Origin: a virus
Lineage: Duplodnaviria; Caudoviricetes
Reading direction: 5' to 3' (one strand)
Length of the DNA: 54,116 bases
IMG/VR virus record: IMGVR_UViG_3300027898_000011
Span: 1 to 54,116 of that record
In this document: positions 1-8,958 of the stretch, piece after piece
How the letters are laid out: every line of letters starts with the position of its first letter
Numbering within the stretch: the first letter of the stretch is position 1
The notes under the pieces: model-generated
Database searches by the model: none
What the model was told of the DNA's origin: nothing
The model's input: only the letters and a program-made list of their open reading frames with translations
Translations under genes and position numbers: made by a program

Positions 1-104
1 GCGACTCCGTTAGGTTATAGGGTTATTGTGACATGCGCCGCCATGCACGCAAGGCAAGCAGACAGCACGATATAAAGAAGGGAACCGGACACATCGCGCG
101 GCAT
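1..104 (-). CDS. small hydrophobic protein, truncated by the left window edge (MPRDVSGSLLYIVLSACLACMAAH...)
   Basis: Translated by hand; ATG at 104 directly follows the stop of the upstream small gene; open to position 1. Confidence 0.45.
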
Positions 105-105
105 G

Positions 106-195
106 TTAGCGCGCCCCCTTGCTGGCATCGGCCACGGTCAGAACAAGAAGGCCGACGGCCAGGGCGGCAATGGCGAGCAGGGGAAGGTAAGACAT
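106..195 (-). CDS. 29-aa single-TM peptide (MSYLPLLAIAALAVGLLVLTVADASKGAR)
   Basis: Translated by hand; GGAG RBS upstream; promoter-like motif at 236-264. Confidence 0.55.
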   Translation of the reverse strand: MSYLPLLAIAALAVGLLVLTVADASKGAR

Positions 196-235
196 AACAA
201 GACTCCGATTCATCTAGGCAAGATTGCCAGCCCCC

Positions 236-264
236 TATCTAGTGCCCGGCTTGTTATATGTCTA
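236..264 (-). promoter_or_regulatory. putative sigma70-type promoter TAGACA-N17-TAGATA
   Basis: Same CACTAGATA -10 context as the promoter at 37180-37207; lies upstream of RBS and ATG. Confidence 0.45.
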
Positions 265-1183
265 CCCCCTAAAACATTACAATTCGTAATCAAAACAAGT
301 CTCAAAACCTGAGATTTTGTTACGCATGCCGCACAAGTCTAGCATTCGAGCGCCTTTTGTAACGTAACGCACGCGGGCTTATCCGGCACCCCCTGCCAAG
401 CCGCTAGAATGCGCCAGGAAGCCGCTATAACGTTCTGGGGTGCTAGGGTAGCGACCCCCTCACTAACAATGGCTGTACGGCGATTCGTGTATATAACTGC
501 AAACTTTCGGACCATTTTACCACCTAGGGTTGCATTCTGCTACTTTTGCGCGAATCGTGTTAGTTAGCTAACAAAAGATAACACTTAAACCGTAACGGTG
601 GCCTGGCACCACCTAGCGTTGCATCCACCATAATGTAAGGATCACTCACATCCGCCTTGCAACCTGAACGCGAAAAGTTAAATCTCTTTTAACGTTACGC
701 AGTCTTGAAAGTGAGATTGCGCAATCCATATAACTAGACAGGCACGGCGCGTGGCATCGCCACCCAGCCCAGCCCCCTAAAAGCTAACGCACGTTATCAA
801 TTCCGCGCCGTATCATTGCGCGTAACGGTTTCGTTATGTTCCGGCTTGCTATCGGTCTAAAAAACTAGATGGTTTGTCTAAAAATCTGGATTTTGTCAAA
901 TTTTTCAGATTCTGCGCAATTTTTAGACGTTTGAGGCCAAAAACTTAGATTTTGTCTCGGATTTTGAGATTTTTCCAGATTTTTGGATGGCGGCGTCTCA
1001 AAATCGAGAAAACGTCTCGCCGGTTACAATTCGTCACATTTCTCCGTTTCCGGTGGGGGTGGTGTCGCATTGAGACTCAAAAAATTAAACGCTAAGCCAA
1101 ATCATACCATCGGCAAAAACCATTTTCATTTGACGATTTTGGCTCGGGGCCGAAAGCATAGGCTGGGCTGAAAATTTTGCAGT

Positions 1184-1507
1184 CTACCTGTCCGCATCAG
1201 TGCGGCGAGCCCAACCCCCTTGCTCAAGCGCTGTCCTTCGACTGTGGCAAGAATGACACAGCGTTCGTAGGTTACTTGGCTCTAAACGCAAATCTGGACG
1301 CGAGCGCACCGACTGGATGTGATCAACATCTGTTGCTTTTTTGCCACAGCAGCACGTCGGAAAGCGGGCCAGCATAACAACCCTAAGGCGCTTCCAATCA
1401 GCATCGTAGTCCTTCGCCTTCTGCGCGTTGCGCGCCCGCTCGTCCCCCGGAGCCCGATGGACCGGGCGCGGGCCTGATTTCCCGTGGCTGGGCGGCTGAA
1501 ACGGCAT
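1184..1507 (-). CDS. HNH endonuclease, HK97 gp74-like terminase accessory type
   Basis: W..LR...L...P.C..C....T.VDHI...NLRTLCHSCH motif; same strand as terS/terL. Confidence 0.9.
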   Translation of the reverse strand: MPFQPPSHGKSGPRPVHRAPGDERARNAQKAKDYDADWKRLRVVMLARFPTCCCGKKATDVDHIQSVRSRPDLRLEPSNLRTLCHSCHSRRTALEQGGWARRTDADR

Positions 1508-1907
1508 CCTCTGGCACCCCTATAGCCCCCAGACCGAACCCGCCCTGGGCGGCCAAAAAATCGACCTTTTTAAGCGTCACTACAACTAGACGCCCTGATC
1601 GTTATATACGTGTTCGGTGGGTTGGCTGACTTCAAGGGCTGTGGCCCTCCTTTTGTGCGCCTAGAACAGTGGGAACGTTTAGACCATCCCTTTTTGCCGG
1701 TGGGTGTCAGGTTCCACGGAATCTCTGGGCTTTTGGGTCCTTCGTGGTTTGCGACCCCGGCCCCCAGCCGGGAAAAGGGCGCAAATCCATCGAATGTTTA
1801 ATGACCAGAGCCCGTTGGCTTCTGCACGCGGCAGTAGGGCTAGAGGGGTTAGGGAAGAGATAGAGAATTTAGTAACTTAACAGGACTATTAGAATCGTAG
1901 ACTTAGA

Positions 1908-1947
1908 TGCTCTCGGATTTAACGCCCTATGGGGCTATCCGAGAGCA
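1908..1947. other. inverted repeat with 11-bp stem (TGCTCTCGGAT...ATCCGAGAGCA) in an AT-rich intergenic region
   Basis: Perfect stem seen in sequence; 12-bp palindrome TCAGTTAACTGA at 1971-1982. Confidence 0.6.
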
Positions 1948-2102
1948 CTACTCTTTACCAATAAATAGTCTCAGTTAACTGACTAACTACCTTTAGGACA
2001 GATAGTACTATTAGACTCTAAGACGCGCACCCGTAGGCGCGCGGGCGCGCGTAGACCGGATTGGGGCGCTTTGTCAAGCACAAAAATAAAGTTTTTTGAG
2101 GG

Positions 2103-2130
2103 TTGAAGGTAGCTTGATTGCTACTAGATA
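2103..2130 (+). promoter_or_regulatory. putative early promoter TTGAAG-N16-TAGATA
   Basis: Precedes AGGAG RBS and the first + strand gene; motif recurs at 7526, 12679 and 16954. Confidence 0.55.
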
Positions 2131-2153
2131 TGGCGGGCAGTTAGGAGAATGTC

Positions 2154-2480
2154 ATGCCCTGTTACGACGGCAGAGATATGTGGGATCGTCAATTGGCTGC
2201 GGGTCAAGCAGCGGTTGCCGAAGCGGCGCTTTGCGCTGTTTTGAAAGCGCTTAACAAGTCTGGCATAATGGGAGCAATCACGCCAGCCGGGGCAATCGCA
2301 GTCAGCAGCAACGACGGCCGCATTGTTTTTCATGCAGACCGCGTTGAGGACGCCATCCTCGCAGCCGCCGCGCCGGAGATGCGGGATTTGCTGGCACGCT
2401 TTGAGGCTGGCAAAATCCACTGGAAGGACGCACGGGATGAGGCCCGCGCCCTCCTGGCCAAGATCGAGGGGGAAGGGTGA
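2154..2480 (+). CDS. hypothetical early protein
   Basis: AGGAG RBS; C-terminal 'AAAPEM..L...ARALLAKIEG' motif common in phage early proteins. Confidence 0.75.
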   Translation: MPCYDGRDMWDRQLAAGQAAVAEAALCAVLKALNKSGIMGAITPAGAIAVSSNDGRIVFHADRVEDAILAAAAPEMRDLLARFEAGKIHWKDARDEARALLAKIEGEG

Positions 2481-2644
2481 TGCGCAAACTGATCAAAGGC
2501 GAAATCGCCGCGCGGGCCATCAAGCGGCACGAGGCGGATCAGCTTTTTCCTAGCCGCAAAGACAGCGAAAAGCGGGATGAATATGTGGATTATTATTGGA
2601 TGACCGCATGGTGGGAACTTCCTCTTTGGGCGGTGCTGCCATGA
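2480..2644 (+). CDS. hypothetical protein, 54 aa (MRKLIKGEIAARAIKRH...)
   Basis: Translated by hand; start and stop overlap both neighbours (TGATG, ATGA). Confidence 0.6.
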   Translation: MRKLIKGEIAARAIKRHEADQLFPSRKDSEKRDEYVDYYWMTAWWELPLWAVLP

Positions 2645-3015
2645 CCCACTCAACCCCCAAGTCGTGCCCGTGTGAATGGGGACAGGACGACACAAAGCTG
2701 AACGACCACAAGGGCGAATGGTGCGTGCGTTGCGGCGGTTGCGGCCATCAGACTATGTATTGCCCCGACCCCGCCACCGCTGTCCGTGTCTGGAACGCCG
2801 GGGTTGACGCGGCGGACCCGGAGTGTGTGGGGATGGTGGGGCTGAAATGGGAGGTCAACGCCATAATGTTGAAGGCCTGCCCGTTGCCAATTGGCGGCGT
2901 GTATCAAGAGGGCGCTTATTGGATATGCGAACTTTTAGGCCTGACGCTGGGTGGTTACCACAAAACCGTTTTTGAAGCCCGCGCCGCGCTTCTCGCGCAT
3001 GTGATGGGGAGTTAG
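2641..3015 (+). CDS. Lar-family (restriction alleviation-like) zinc-finger protein with C-terminal extension
   Basis: K.CP....G ... VRC..CG ... A...WN motif; ATGA overlap start. Confidence 0.6.
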   Translation: MTHSTPKSCPCEWGQDDTKLNDHKGEWCVRCGGCGHQTMYCPDPATAVRVWNAGVDAADPECVGMVGLKWEVNAIMLKACPLPIGGVYQEGAYWICELLGLTLGGYHKTVFEARAALLAHVMGS

Positions 3016-3019
3016 GGGG

Positions 3020-3274
3020 ATGCCGGATCACATCATCTGCGGTTGCGGCCGCACGCACGACATGCCCGAACTCACCCGATTGCGGGCGGAGGTGGAGAGG
3101 TTGAGGGAGACGCTGTTAAACACCCTTGCCAATCTTGTTGCGGCGCACAGTCTATTGTCTCGTGGCGGCAAAAAAGCAGCACCGTCTGACAAAATGTTTG
3201 CGCAGATGCTCGCTGATTACGAAGCGGCGATTGAACGCGCACGCGCAGCCCTGAAGGAGCCCGGCAATGAGTGA
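3020..3274 (+). CDS. hypothetical protein (coiled-coil, EVERLR)
   Basis: GGGGG RBS; tight gene packing. Confidence 0.7.
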   Translation: MPDHIICGCGRTHDMPELTRLRAEVERLRETLLNTLANLVAAHSLLSRGGKKAAPSDKMFAQMLADYEAAIERARAALKEPGNE

Positions 3275-3515
3275 GGAAGGCGGTTTGTCCCGCGCGCTCG
3301 CATTAGAAACGGCGGAGGTATGGGAAACTATGGCCGAAATGGAGAAGGGCGCGCATCCGGCCAGACGCGAAACGCTGCGGGCGTGTGCCGATATGCTGCG
3401 GATGCTGTCTGAGCCCAAGCCACGGTTAGATTGCCCGCACGCCGACCCGTTTCGCTATTGCCCTACCTGCGTTGTCAAACCTTGCCCCATTGGCCTTGGA
3501 GACAACACACCATGA
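3267..3515 (+). CDS. hypothetical Cys-rich protein
   Basis: AAGGAG RBS; C-terminal CPH..CPTC..PCP. Confidence 0.7.
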   Translation: MSEEGGLSRALALETAEVWETMAEMEKGAHPARRETLRACADMLRMLSEPKPRLDCPHADPFRYCPTCVVKPCPIGLGDNTP

Positions 3516-3727
3516 CGGCTAACCCCTGCACCCCGCCGAAATGCCATGATTGCGGCAGGTTTATGAACGCCATGCAATCCGGCGTAGCGTGGAAAATGTG
3601 CTATAGCGGCTTTCCCCCAGAACCCGCTGAAGAAATCCACCGTTGCCTGGCATGCGTTGCCAAACTCGGCACGTTTACGCCGCAGCTTGGAATTGTGCCG
3701 GAGTATTCTTGCGGAGTTGTGTCATGA
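3512..3727 (+). CDS. small zinc-finger protein with PCTPP leader ([15 protein letters not shown]...)
   Basis: ATGA overlap; two CxxC pairs; shared N-terminal repeat. Confidence 0.7.
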   Translation: MTANPCTPPKCHDCGRFMNAMQSGVAWKMCYSGFPPEPAEEIHRCLACVAKLGTFTPQLGIVPEYSCGVVS

Positions 3728-3864
3728 CTAACCCGGCCCCCTGCACCCCGCCGTGTCCGAAAGCATGGCTGGACTCGCCGCTGTGCTGCAACTGGCAATG
3801 GCTCAAGACTGGCAGCGGTGACGTGTTTATGTGCCTGACCTGTGGAGCCACGCGCCATGACTAA
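3724..3864 (+). CDS. small Cys-rich protein with PCTPP leader ([12 protein letters not shown]...)
   Basis: ATGA overlap; shared N-terminal repeat; CLTCG. Confidence 0.6.
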   Translation: MTNPAPCTPPCPKAWLDSPLCCNWQWLKTGSGDVFMCLTCGATRHD

Positions 3865-4030
3865 CCCCGCCCCCTGCACCCCGCCGCGCTGCAACGGCAT
3901 GGGCAGAAACGCCGAATGGCCGAAGTCGCTTCTGTTCTACTTCGACCGCGTGATGACGGACGATCAGATGCGCTATTTGCAAGAGGTTATGCAGCGGGCT
4001 TGTGCCTGCATGCCGGAGGATTTGCTGTGA
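3857..4030 (+). CDS. small protein with PCTPP leader ([12 protein letters not shown]...)
   Basis: GGAG RBS; shared N-terminal repeat. Confidence 0.65.
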   Translation: MTNPAPCTPPRCNGMGRNAEWPKSLLFYFDRVMTDDQMRYLQEVMQRACACMPEDLL

Positions 4031-4491
4031 CAAGCACCCCCTGCACCCCGCCGAACGGAACACGGGAGGGGACGTGGCATGATTTCGTGCACGACGATCC
4101 CCGCAGGACACACAGATTGCGATGGAACGGCTCGCGGTATCAAGGCGTGGGTATAGGCGGATATTTGTCCCCCGAGGTTTTAGCAGCCAACGGGTTTCGT
4201 TATCTCGGCCGCGTGGAGGCGGAAAGCGCGACGGTGACGCTTACCAGCACAACACTTGACGGCGCATCTACAGGGCTCGTTGTTCCGACCGGTCCGGCGG
4301 ATTGGGAGCGCATGAAAGCCGCCCCCACCCCATCCCCCAGCGATGCGCTGCTGAGGGAGGTCGCGGACTGGATGGGTCACAAGATTGATTGCGCCGTATG
4401 GGAGACCAACGCGCGGACAGCCAACCGGCCAATAGACTGCACATGCGGGCGGGACGCGCTGCAAACCCGCATATTTCGCCACCTCGCGTGA
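4027..4491 (+). CDS. hypothetical protein with PCTPP leader (MTSTPCTPPNG...)
   Basis: GTGA overlap with upstream stop; GGAGG RBS; shared repeat. Confidence 0.7.
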   Translation: MTSTPCTPPNGTREGTWHDFVHDDPRRTHRLRWNGSRYQGVGIGGYLSPEVLAANGFRYLGRVEAESATVTLTSTTLDGASTGLVVPTGPADWERMKAAPTPSPSDALLREVADWMGHKIDCAVWETNARTANRPIDCTCGRDALQTRIFRHLA

Positions 4492-4525
4492 TCGCCCGCA
4501 TCCGCCACCACCTAGGAGAGAAGAC

Positions 4526-5305
4526 GTGAAACCGTTTGAGTCAAAAGCCCTCGAAGGCGCAAGAAACGAAGCGGCGCGACTGTCGCAACCGCTGATCGAC
4601 GCCCTCACCACCCCGCCCGCCGAGCCGCCGTTGCCGGACCCTTGCCTAGCAAAGCGGGAGCCTAATGAGCCCATGTTCGTCCTGCTGGCCCGCGATAGCT
4701 GCGCACCGGCAACGCTTGAGTTTTGGTGCCAAGCCAGGCAGGCGCAGATAGCCACTGGCGTTCGGCCTGACACCGAAGGCGAGCGCGCCCACATCGCGGA
4801 AATCACGGCACGGGCGGCAGAGTTTCGCGCTTGGCGGGCAGCACACAGGCGGCCTCAATCGGAGCCGCCGGACCAAATTGCCACCCTGACCGCCCAGCTT
4901 GCCGAGGCGCGGGGGCTGTTGGATCGGCACATCAAATTCAGCAACAAGTTGTTTCGTGCGTCCAGCCTGCACCAAGACACTGTCGATTTCCTCTCCACCC
5001 CCGCGCCCGCCGGAACGGGTGGGCAATTGCGAGTGCCCGTTCCGAATTTAAGTTTAACAGACGTAGAGGCTCAACTAAAATGGCGCTGGGAACTAGACCT
5101 AAACGAGCCTCTTCTCTTTTTGCGTGACGAAGAACTTGGCGTTGCGTATGTTGAATACGAAAACGGTTATTTTTACGCTCAGATGTGGGACGAAGATAAC
5201 CGTCGCGGTCCTTTTGAAACCTACCAACAAGCGCAACGTTCTGTTATAAGTGCTTTTGATTTTAATCAACAAAAATACCGAAGCCCAACGGGAATCGACG
5301 CATAA
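4526..5305 (+). CDS. mosaic hypothetical phage protein (EPMFVLLARD motif)
   Basis: AGGAG RBS; 259-aa ORF. Confidence 0.75.
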   Translation: MKPFESKALEGARNEAARLSQPLIDALTTPPAEPPLPDPCLAKREPNEPMFVLLARDSCAPATLEFWCQARQAQIATGVRPDTEGERAHIAEITARAAEFRAWRAAHRRPQSEPPDQIATLTAQLAEARGLLDRHIKFSNKLFRASSLHQDTVDFLSTPAPAGTGGQLRVPVPNLSLTDVEAQLKWRWELDLNEPLLFLRDEELGVAYVEYENGYFYAQMWDEDNRRGPFETYQQAQRSVISAFDFNQQKYRSPTGIDA

Positions 5306-5538
5306 TGCACCCACTTGTAAAAAAGATGGTTGAAATAAAAGCCACGTCAGGTATGACGTGGCTTGAAATCGTGAAGAAAAGCGGCGTGTTAAGAACAACT
5401 ATGTCGCGGTGGCGTAATCCGGGCCGCGACCCATACCTGGGCGCGTTCATAGCTGTGCTTAACACCCTGGGCTACGATCTGGCCATCGTTCCGCTTGAAA
5501 AGCCAGAACCGAAACCTCAATTGAAAAGCCGGTGGTGA
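5305..5538 (+). CDS. XRE-family helix-turn-helix regulator
   Basis: EIVKKSGV.RTTMSRW...P.L..F..VL..LGY.L.IVP pattern. Confidence 0.85.
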   Translation: MHPLVKKMVEIKATSGMTWLEIVKKSGVLRTTMSRWRNPGRDPYLGAFIAVLNTLGYDLAIVPLEKPEPKPQLKSRW

Positions 5539-5539
5539 T

Positions 5540-5968
5540 ATGAGCCTACTGATTGATTTTATTCACGCTGCGGGACCTCGCCCTTTGAGGCTTAGTCTGG
5601 AACAAACTCTATGGGACGATAGATTTGCTGCCTATTGCGGTGTGATGGGCGTGGGACTTGGCGAAGCGCGGGCGATCCTAGACGAACGCTTTAACCCAGC
5701 CGAGCCACCGGAACTGCCCGAGCCATGCGTCAGCCGCACAGCCCTGGCAGACGCCTATATCGCCTTCGGAGAAGCGACCAGCCTGCACCGGCAAGTCCTG
5801 GCCAAAGACCTAGGCGTGTCGATAGGGACTTTTGCGGGCTACATCAACACCGGCAAAGCGGCCAAGTGCAGCAAAGCTCAGGCAGCGCGCATGGCCGAAG
5901 AGTGCGAATGGCGTATTGAGTCCCTGCAAAGAGCCCTGGACGTGTTTAACAAGGTAAAGGAAAGTTAA
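5540..5968 (+). CDS. putative HTH DNA-binding protein
   Basis: LAKDLGVSIGTF..YIN.G helix-turn-helix. Confidence 0.6.
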   Translation: MSLLIDFIHAAGPRPLRLSLEQTLWDDRFAAYCGVMGVGLGEARAILDERFNPAEPPELPEPCVSRTALADAYIAFGEATSLHRQVLAKDLGVSIGTFAGYINTGKAAKCSKAQAARMAEECEWRIESLQRALDVFNKVKES

Positions 5969-5969
5969 T

Positions 5970-6137
5970 ATGCTATACTGCCTTGATAAACTGTCTCAAG
6001 CACTTATGTATATAAGCAACGCATGCTTGCTTTTGTATATTCGGCACGAGTTTCTGGGCAAACTGCCTATGGACCTAGCCGAGTGGTTCCTTGAACGAGC
6101 AGAAGACGTTGCGGAGTTTGTCCAGAGACATAGGTGA
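5970..6137 (+). CDS. hypothetical protein, 55 aa
   Basis: Translated by hand; AAGGA RBS; fills the gap between neighbouring genes. Confidence 0.5.
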   Translation: MLYCLDKLSQALMYISNACLLLYIRHEFLGKLPMDLAEWFLERAEDVAEFVQRHR

Positions 6138-6141
6138 TAAT

Positions 6142-6930
6142 ATGAGTGCTTATTCAGAGCTTACGGACTTTCCCGGCATCGATCTTTGCCAGCTATACGG
6201 CACGGGACGGCCTATGATTGCTTGGCTTGATTCTAAGCGCATGCAACGGGCTAAGAAAGAAATTCTTGACGCCGCGTATTACGCTGATTTTGTCAAATTT
6301 ATCGGGGATTCTGATCCCGATAAGCGCGGCGAGAAATGGCTTTTCTTGCCTGACAATCGTTCGCAAAGCACGCGCTTGGAGTCGCGCAAGCGCGTGATCT
6401 TGACCAGCAACCGCGACTGGTTTGACAAAGTTCAGATTCGACGCCCTTTCGGTGACGAAAAAGAATTTTCGATTACTTTGTATGGCGCTGACGTAACAGC
6501 GACTCATTTTGGGTTTAAGCTCCCTACCGACGCGCCTAAGAAAAACCCGGTTGTGGCTAAGGCCGCTTACAGTGGGTTTCCTGTTCTTGACCAAACAGGA
6601 GGTTTTATTGTGCCTGAGCTTCCTACGCAAATTCTGGCTCGGCAAAACCAATCTGAGCGGCGGCCAATAAATTCAATAGTTACAATCGAAGGCCGCAATC
6701 CGGACGAAAGTTTGGCAGACGCAGGTTTAGCCTTGCTGATTAGCGACGGCGAAGCAGTTAATCGATTGTTCTGGAATTACCACCGCGAAGGTGGTGTTTT
6801 CGGTGACTGCGGTGCTAATTGCATCGTGTGCGATGATTCTAGGCGCTATCCACTTGGTTCGTGCACTATGCAAGATTCGCCGCCCGACCCGTTGCCGCCA
6901 CCTACGCCGGTTTCTTGGGAAATGCAGTGA
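6142..6930 (+). CDS. hypothetical protein
   Basis: Long ORF; AGGTG RBS before ATG 6142; no recognised family. Confidence 0.7.
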   Translation: MSAYSELTDFPGIDLCQLYGTGRPMIAWLDSKRMQRAKKEILDAAYYADFVKFIGDSDPDKRGEKWLFLPDNRSQSTRLESRKRVILTSNRDWFDKVQIRRPFGDEKEFSITLYGADVTATHFGFKLPTDAPKKNPVVAKAAYSGFPVLDQTGGFIVPELPTQILARQNQSERRPINSIVTIEGRNPDESLADAGLALLISDGEAVNRLFWNYHREGGVFGDCGANCIVCDDSRRYPLGSCTMQDSPPDPLPPPTPVSWEMQ

Positions 6931-7022
6931 CGGATTGTGGACACTATGACAGGCCGATTGTATAACCCTTTTTGGTCTGACGAAGAACTTAATGAAGTTT
7001 ACCGCTTAAGGAATCAACCAGC

Positions 7023-7523
7023 GTGACGTTAGTATTAGGTGTTGATCCTGGGTTTTCGGGGGCGTTTGCGTGGCTAGACTACCGCGCCGCCGGGGATTAC
7101 GAAATCACACGTATCGAAGACATGCCGGTGGTTTCTAAGACGGTGGGGCGAGGCCAGAGAGCGCGGCTAGACATTGAAGGCGTACATTCTCTGTTGTCTC
7201 AAGCCACCGTCAAAGGTTGCGCTCTTGTGGTCATAGAAGACCCAGGAGCGCGACCAGCCCAGGCAGGAGCCATGGCGTTTGGGTTTGGTTTGGGCATCCT
7301 GCACGACGCTATTTGGGTGCAGAAACTTCGGTTAGAGACCATTGTGCCTACTAAGTGGAAACGAGAGCTTCGCGTACCGAAGGATAAAACAGAAGCGGTG
7401 CAGCGGGCTGACGAGTTGTTTCCCGCCCACAGAGCGCTGTTCAGAGGTCCGCGCGGCGGGCTGTTGGACGGTCGGGCCGAGGCGGCCATTATCGCCCTAT
7501 ACGGAGCAAAATTTTTGCTCTGA
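7023..7523 (+). CDS. RuvC-like Holliday junction resolvase
   Basis: VLGVDPG.SG, VVIED, P.KWK, DGRAEA..IA.YG motifs. Confidence 0.88.
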   Translation: MTLVLGVDPGFSGAFAWLDYRAAGDYEITRIEDMPVVSKTVGRGQRARLDIEGVHSLLSQATVKGCALVVIEDPGARPAQAGAMAFGFGLGILHDAIWVQKLRLETIVPTKWKRELRVPKDKTEAVQRADELFPAHRALFRGPRGGLLDGRAEAAIIALYGAKFLL

Positions 7524-7525
7524 CG

Positions 7526-7553
7526 TTGAAACCCACCGCAACAGACCTAGTTA
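7526..7553 (+). promoter_or_regulatory. putative promoter TTGAAA-N16-TAGTTA
   Basis: Recurrent motif; followed by AGGAG RBS. Confidence 0.5.
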
Positions 7554-7576
7554 TACATAGCTAATAGGAGAGTCAC

Positions 7577-7786
7577 ATGAACAGACGCAAGCGTTTGCCG
7601 CCACATATCGGTGGCAAAGTTGAGGTAGCCATCGGATTCGATTTTGGGCTTAACAAAGTTCTGACGGCTCTCATTCGCCCGGATAAGTCAATGAAGATGC
7701 CGCCGCGTCCGCTGACGGACAAAGATCGCGCGTATCTGCGCCCGGGCACCAGCAAGCGCCGTATGGACCGGAGGGCGGTAGCATGA
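7577..7786 (+). CDS. hypothetical basic protein
   Basis: AGGAG RBS. Confidence 0.7.
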   Translation: MNRRKRLPPHIGGKVEVAIGFDFGLNKVLTALIRPDKSMKMPPRPLTDKDRAYLRPGTSKRRMDRRAVA

Positions 7787-8013
7787 CGGATATTTGCGTT
7801 GAATCGGCGGATGCTGTTATTTCTAGCCGCTATATGCTAGCCGGTGTAGAAGCCGACAAGCCAAAAACGGTGCGCTGGATTCAAAGCGTTTCGGTGGCCG
7901 CCGTAGGCCCGGAGCATGTACGCTATATCGTGGCCCTGTGTGACGATGGCACCCTTTGGGCTCTTGACGTGCGGGGTGTATGGGCCAAGCTGCCAGGAGT
8001 GCCGCAGACATGA
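7783..8013 (+). CDS. hypothetical protein (ALCDDGTLW motif)
   Basis: ATGA overlap; GGAGG RBS. Confidence 0.75.
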   Translation: MTDICVESADAVISSRYMLAGVEADKPKTVRWIQSVSVAAVGPEHVRYIVALCDDGTLWALDVRGVWAKLPGVPQT

Positions 8014-8219
8014 CCGAATCCGACAACCAACTTTATGTTGAAATCATAGCTAAGATTATTTGTGAATGGATGGGGCACGACGAAGAAGATTGGGATTACT
8101 ATGCTGATCTTGCCAAAGAAATACTTGGCACCGCGCCTTGCGTTGGTTATTCTCAAGGCTACAAAAACGGCGTAGAAGACGAGGCCAAGCGACACGCGGA
8201 GGGTCTGGTCTATGACTGA
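8010..8219 (+). CDS. hypothetical acidic protein
   Basis: AGGAG RBS; ATGA overlap. Confidence 0.7.
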   Translation: MTESDNQLYVEIIAKIICEWMGHDEEDWDYYADLAKEILGTAPCVGYSQGYKNGVEDEAKRHAEGLVYD

Positions 8220-8406
8220 TCGCTTTGTCTGCATTCGCACCCAAGAAGGGCGGTTTCAGATCACCGACAAGAAATCCACGCACTACGTGCTGGATTGTCC
8301 TAACTACGAAGAGGCCGCGTGGATCACACGCCTTCTAAACCTAGGGAACAATATCAATGAGCGGGACGAACTTAACGACAAACCGACCTTACCTGACGCT
8401 TCTTAA
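8212..8406 (+). CDS. hypothetical protein
   Basis: GGAGG RBS. Confidence 0.65.
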   Translation: MTDRFVCIRTQEGRFQITDKKSTHYVLDCPNYEEAAWITRLLNLGNNINERDELNDKPTLPDAS

Positions 8407-8680
8407 GGAAGCCCTTCCGCATATCGCGGCTTCTACCCTATTCGGCGCTCAGGCTTTGGCCAAAGAAATTTCTGCCTACATCGATCAACCCACCGCAATC
8501 GACATTACCTGGGATGGCTTCGAGTGCAAGGTCGGTGGGGTGTTTGCCGGGCGCGTGGAAGAGCTTCCTGGCGGGATTGGCTGGGCTGTCAAAGATAGCT
8601 CGGTGCTGGTTACGTCCGTCTATCCTAGTTGGAGCGCGGCGGTTGACGCTTTGCAGGCGGCTGTTAGGGGCCAGTCATGA
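8357..8680 (+). CDS. hypothetical protein
   Basis: ORF in operon context. Confidence 0.65.
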   Translation: MSGTNLTTNRPYLTLLKEALPHIAASTLFGAQALAKEISAYIDQPTAIDITWDGFECKVGGVFAGRVEELPGGIGWAVKDSSVLVTSVYPSWSAAVDALQAAVRGQS

Positions 8681-8958
8681 TTAGCGTTGGCATTTTCATC
8701 AATGGGCGGCTGATTGAGCGCGTTGACGCGGTTAATAAAGGCCGCGCAACTCGAGACGGTCTTTGCACTCGTTATGAGGTTACAGACGGTTTGACGGACG
8801 AACCGCTGGGCCAGGTTTTGCATGAGCGTGAACGTGGAGCCGTGGCTCTTGCCAAAAAGCTGTTGGAGCATCTTCCAGAAAAGCGCTGGACGGAAAGCGA
8901 CGAGCTACGTTTGTTCATGGCAAATATGGACGACATTAAGGAAAGAACCGGCGCGTAA
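8677..8958 (+). CDS. hypothetical protein
   Basis: Start and stop overlap both neighbours. Confidence 0.75.
   Translation: MISVGIFINGRLIERVDAVNKGRATRDGLCTRYEVTDGLTDEPLGQVLHERERGAVALAKKLLEHLPEKRWTESDELRLFMANMDDIKERTGA

Larger units (their letters stand above)
3523..4053 (+). repeat. four dispersed copies of CCCCTGCACCCCGCCG at gene 5' ends
   Basis: Exact 16-nt copies at 3523-3538, 3738-3753, 3871-3886 and 4038-4053. Confidence 0.9.

Noticed and set aside
5305-5968. CI/Cro immunity switch
   Set aside because: Both HTH genes are co-directional within an operon; no peptidase domain and no integrase
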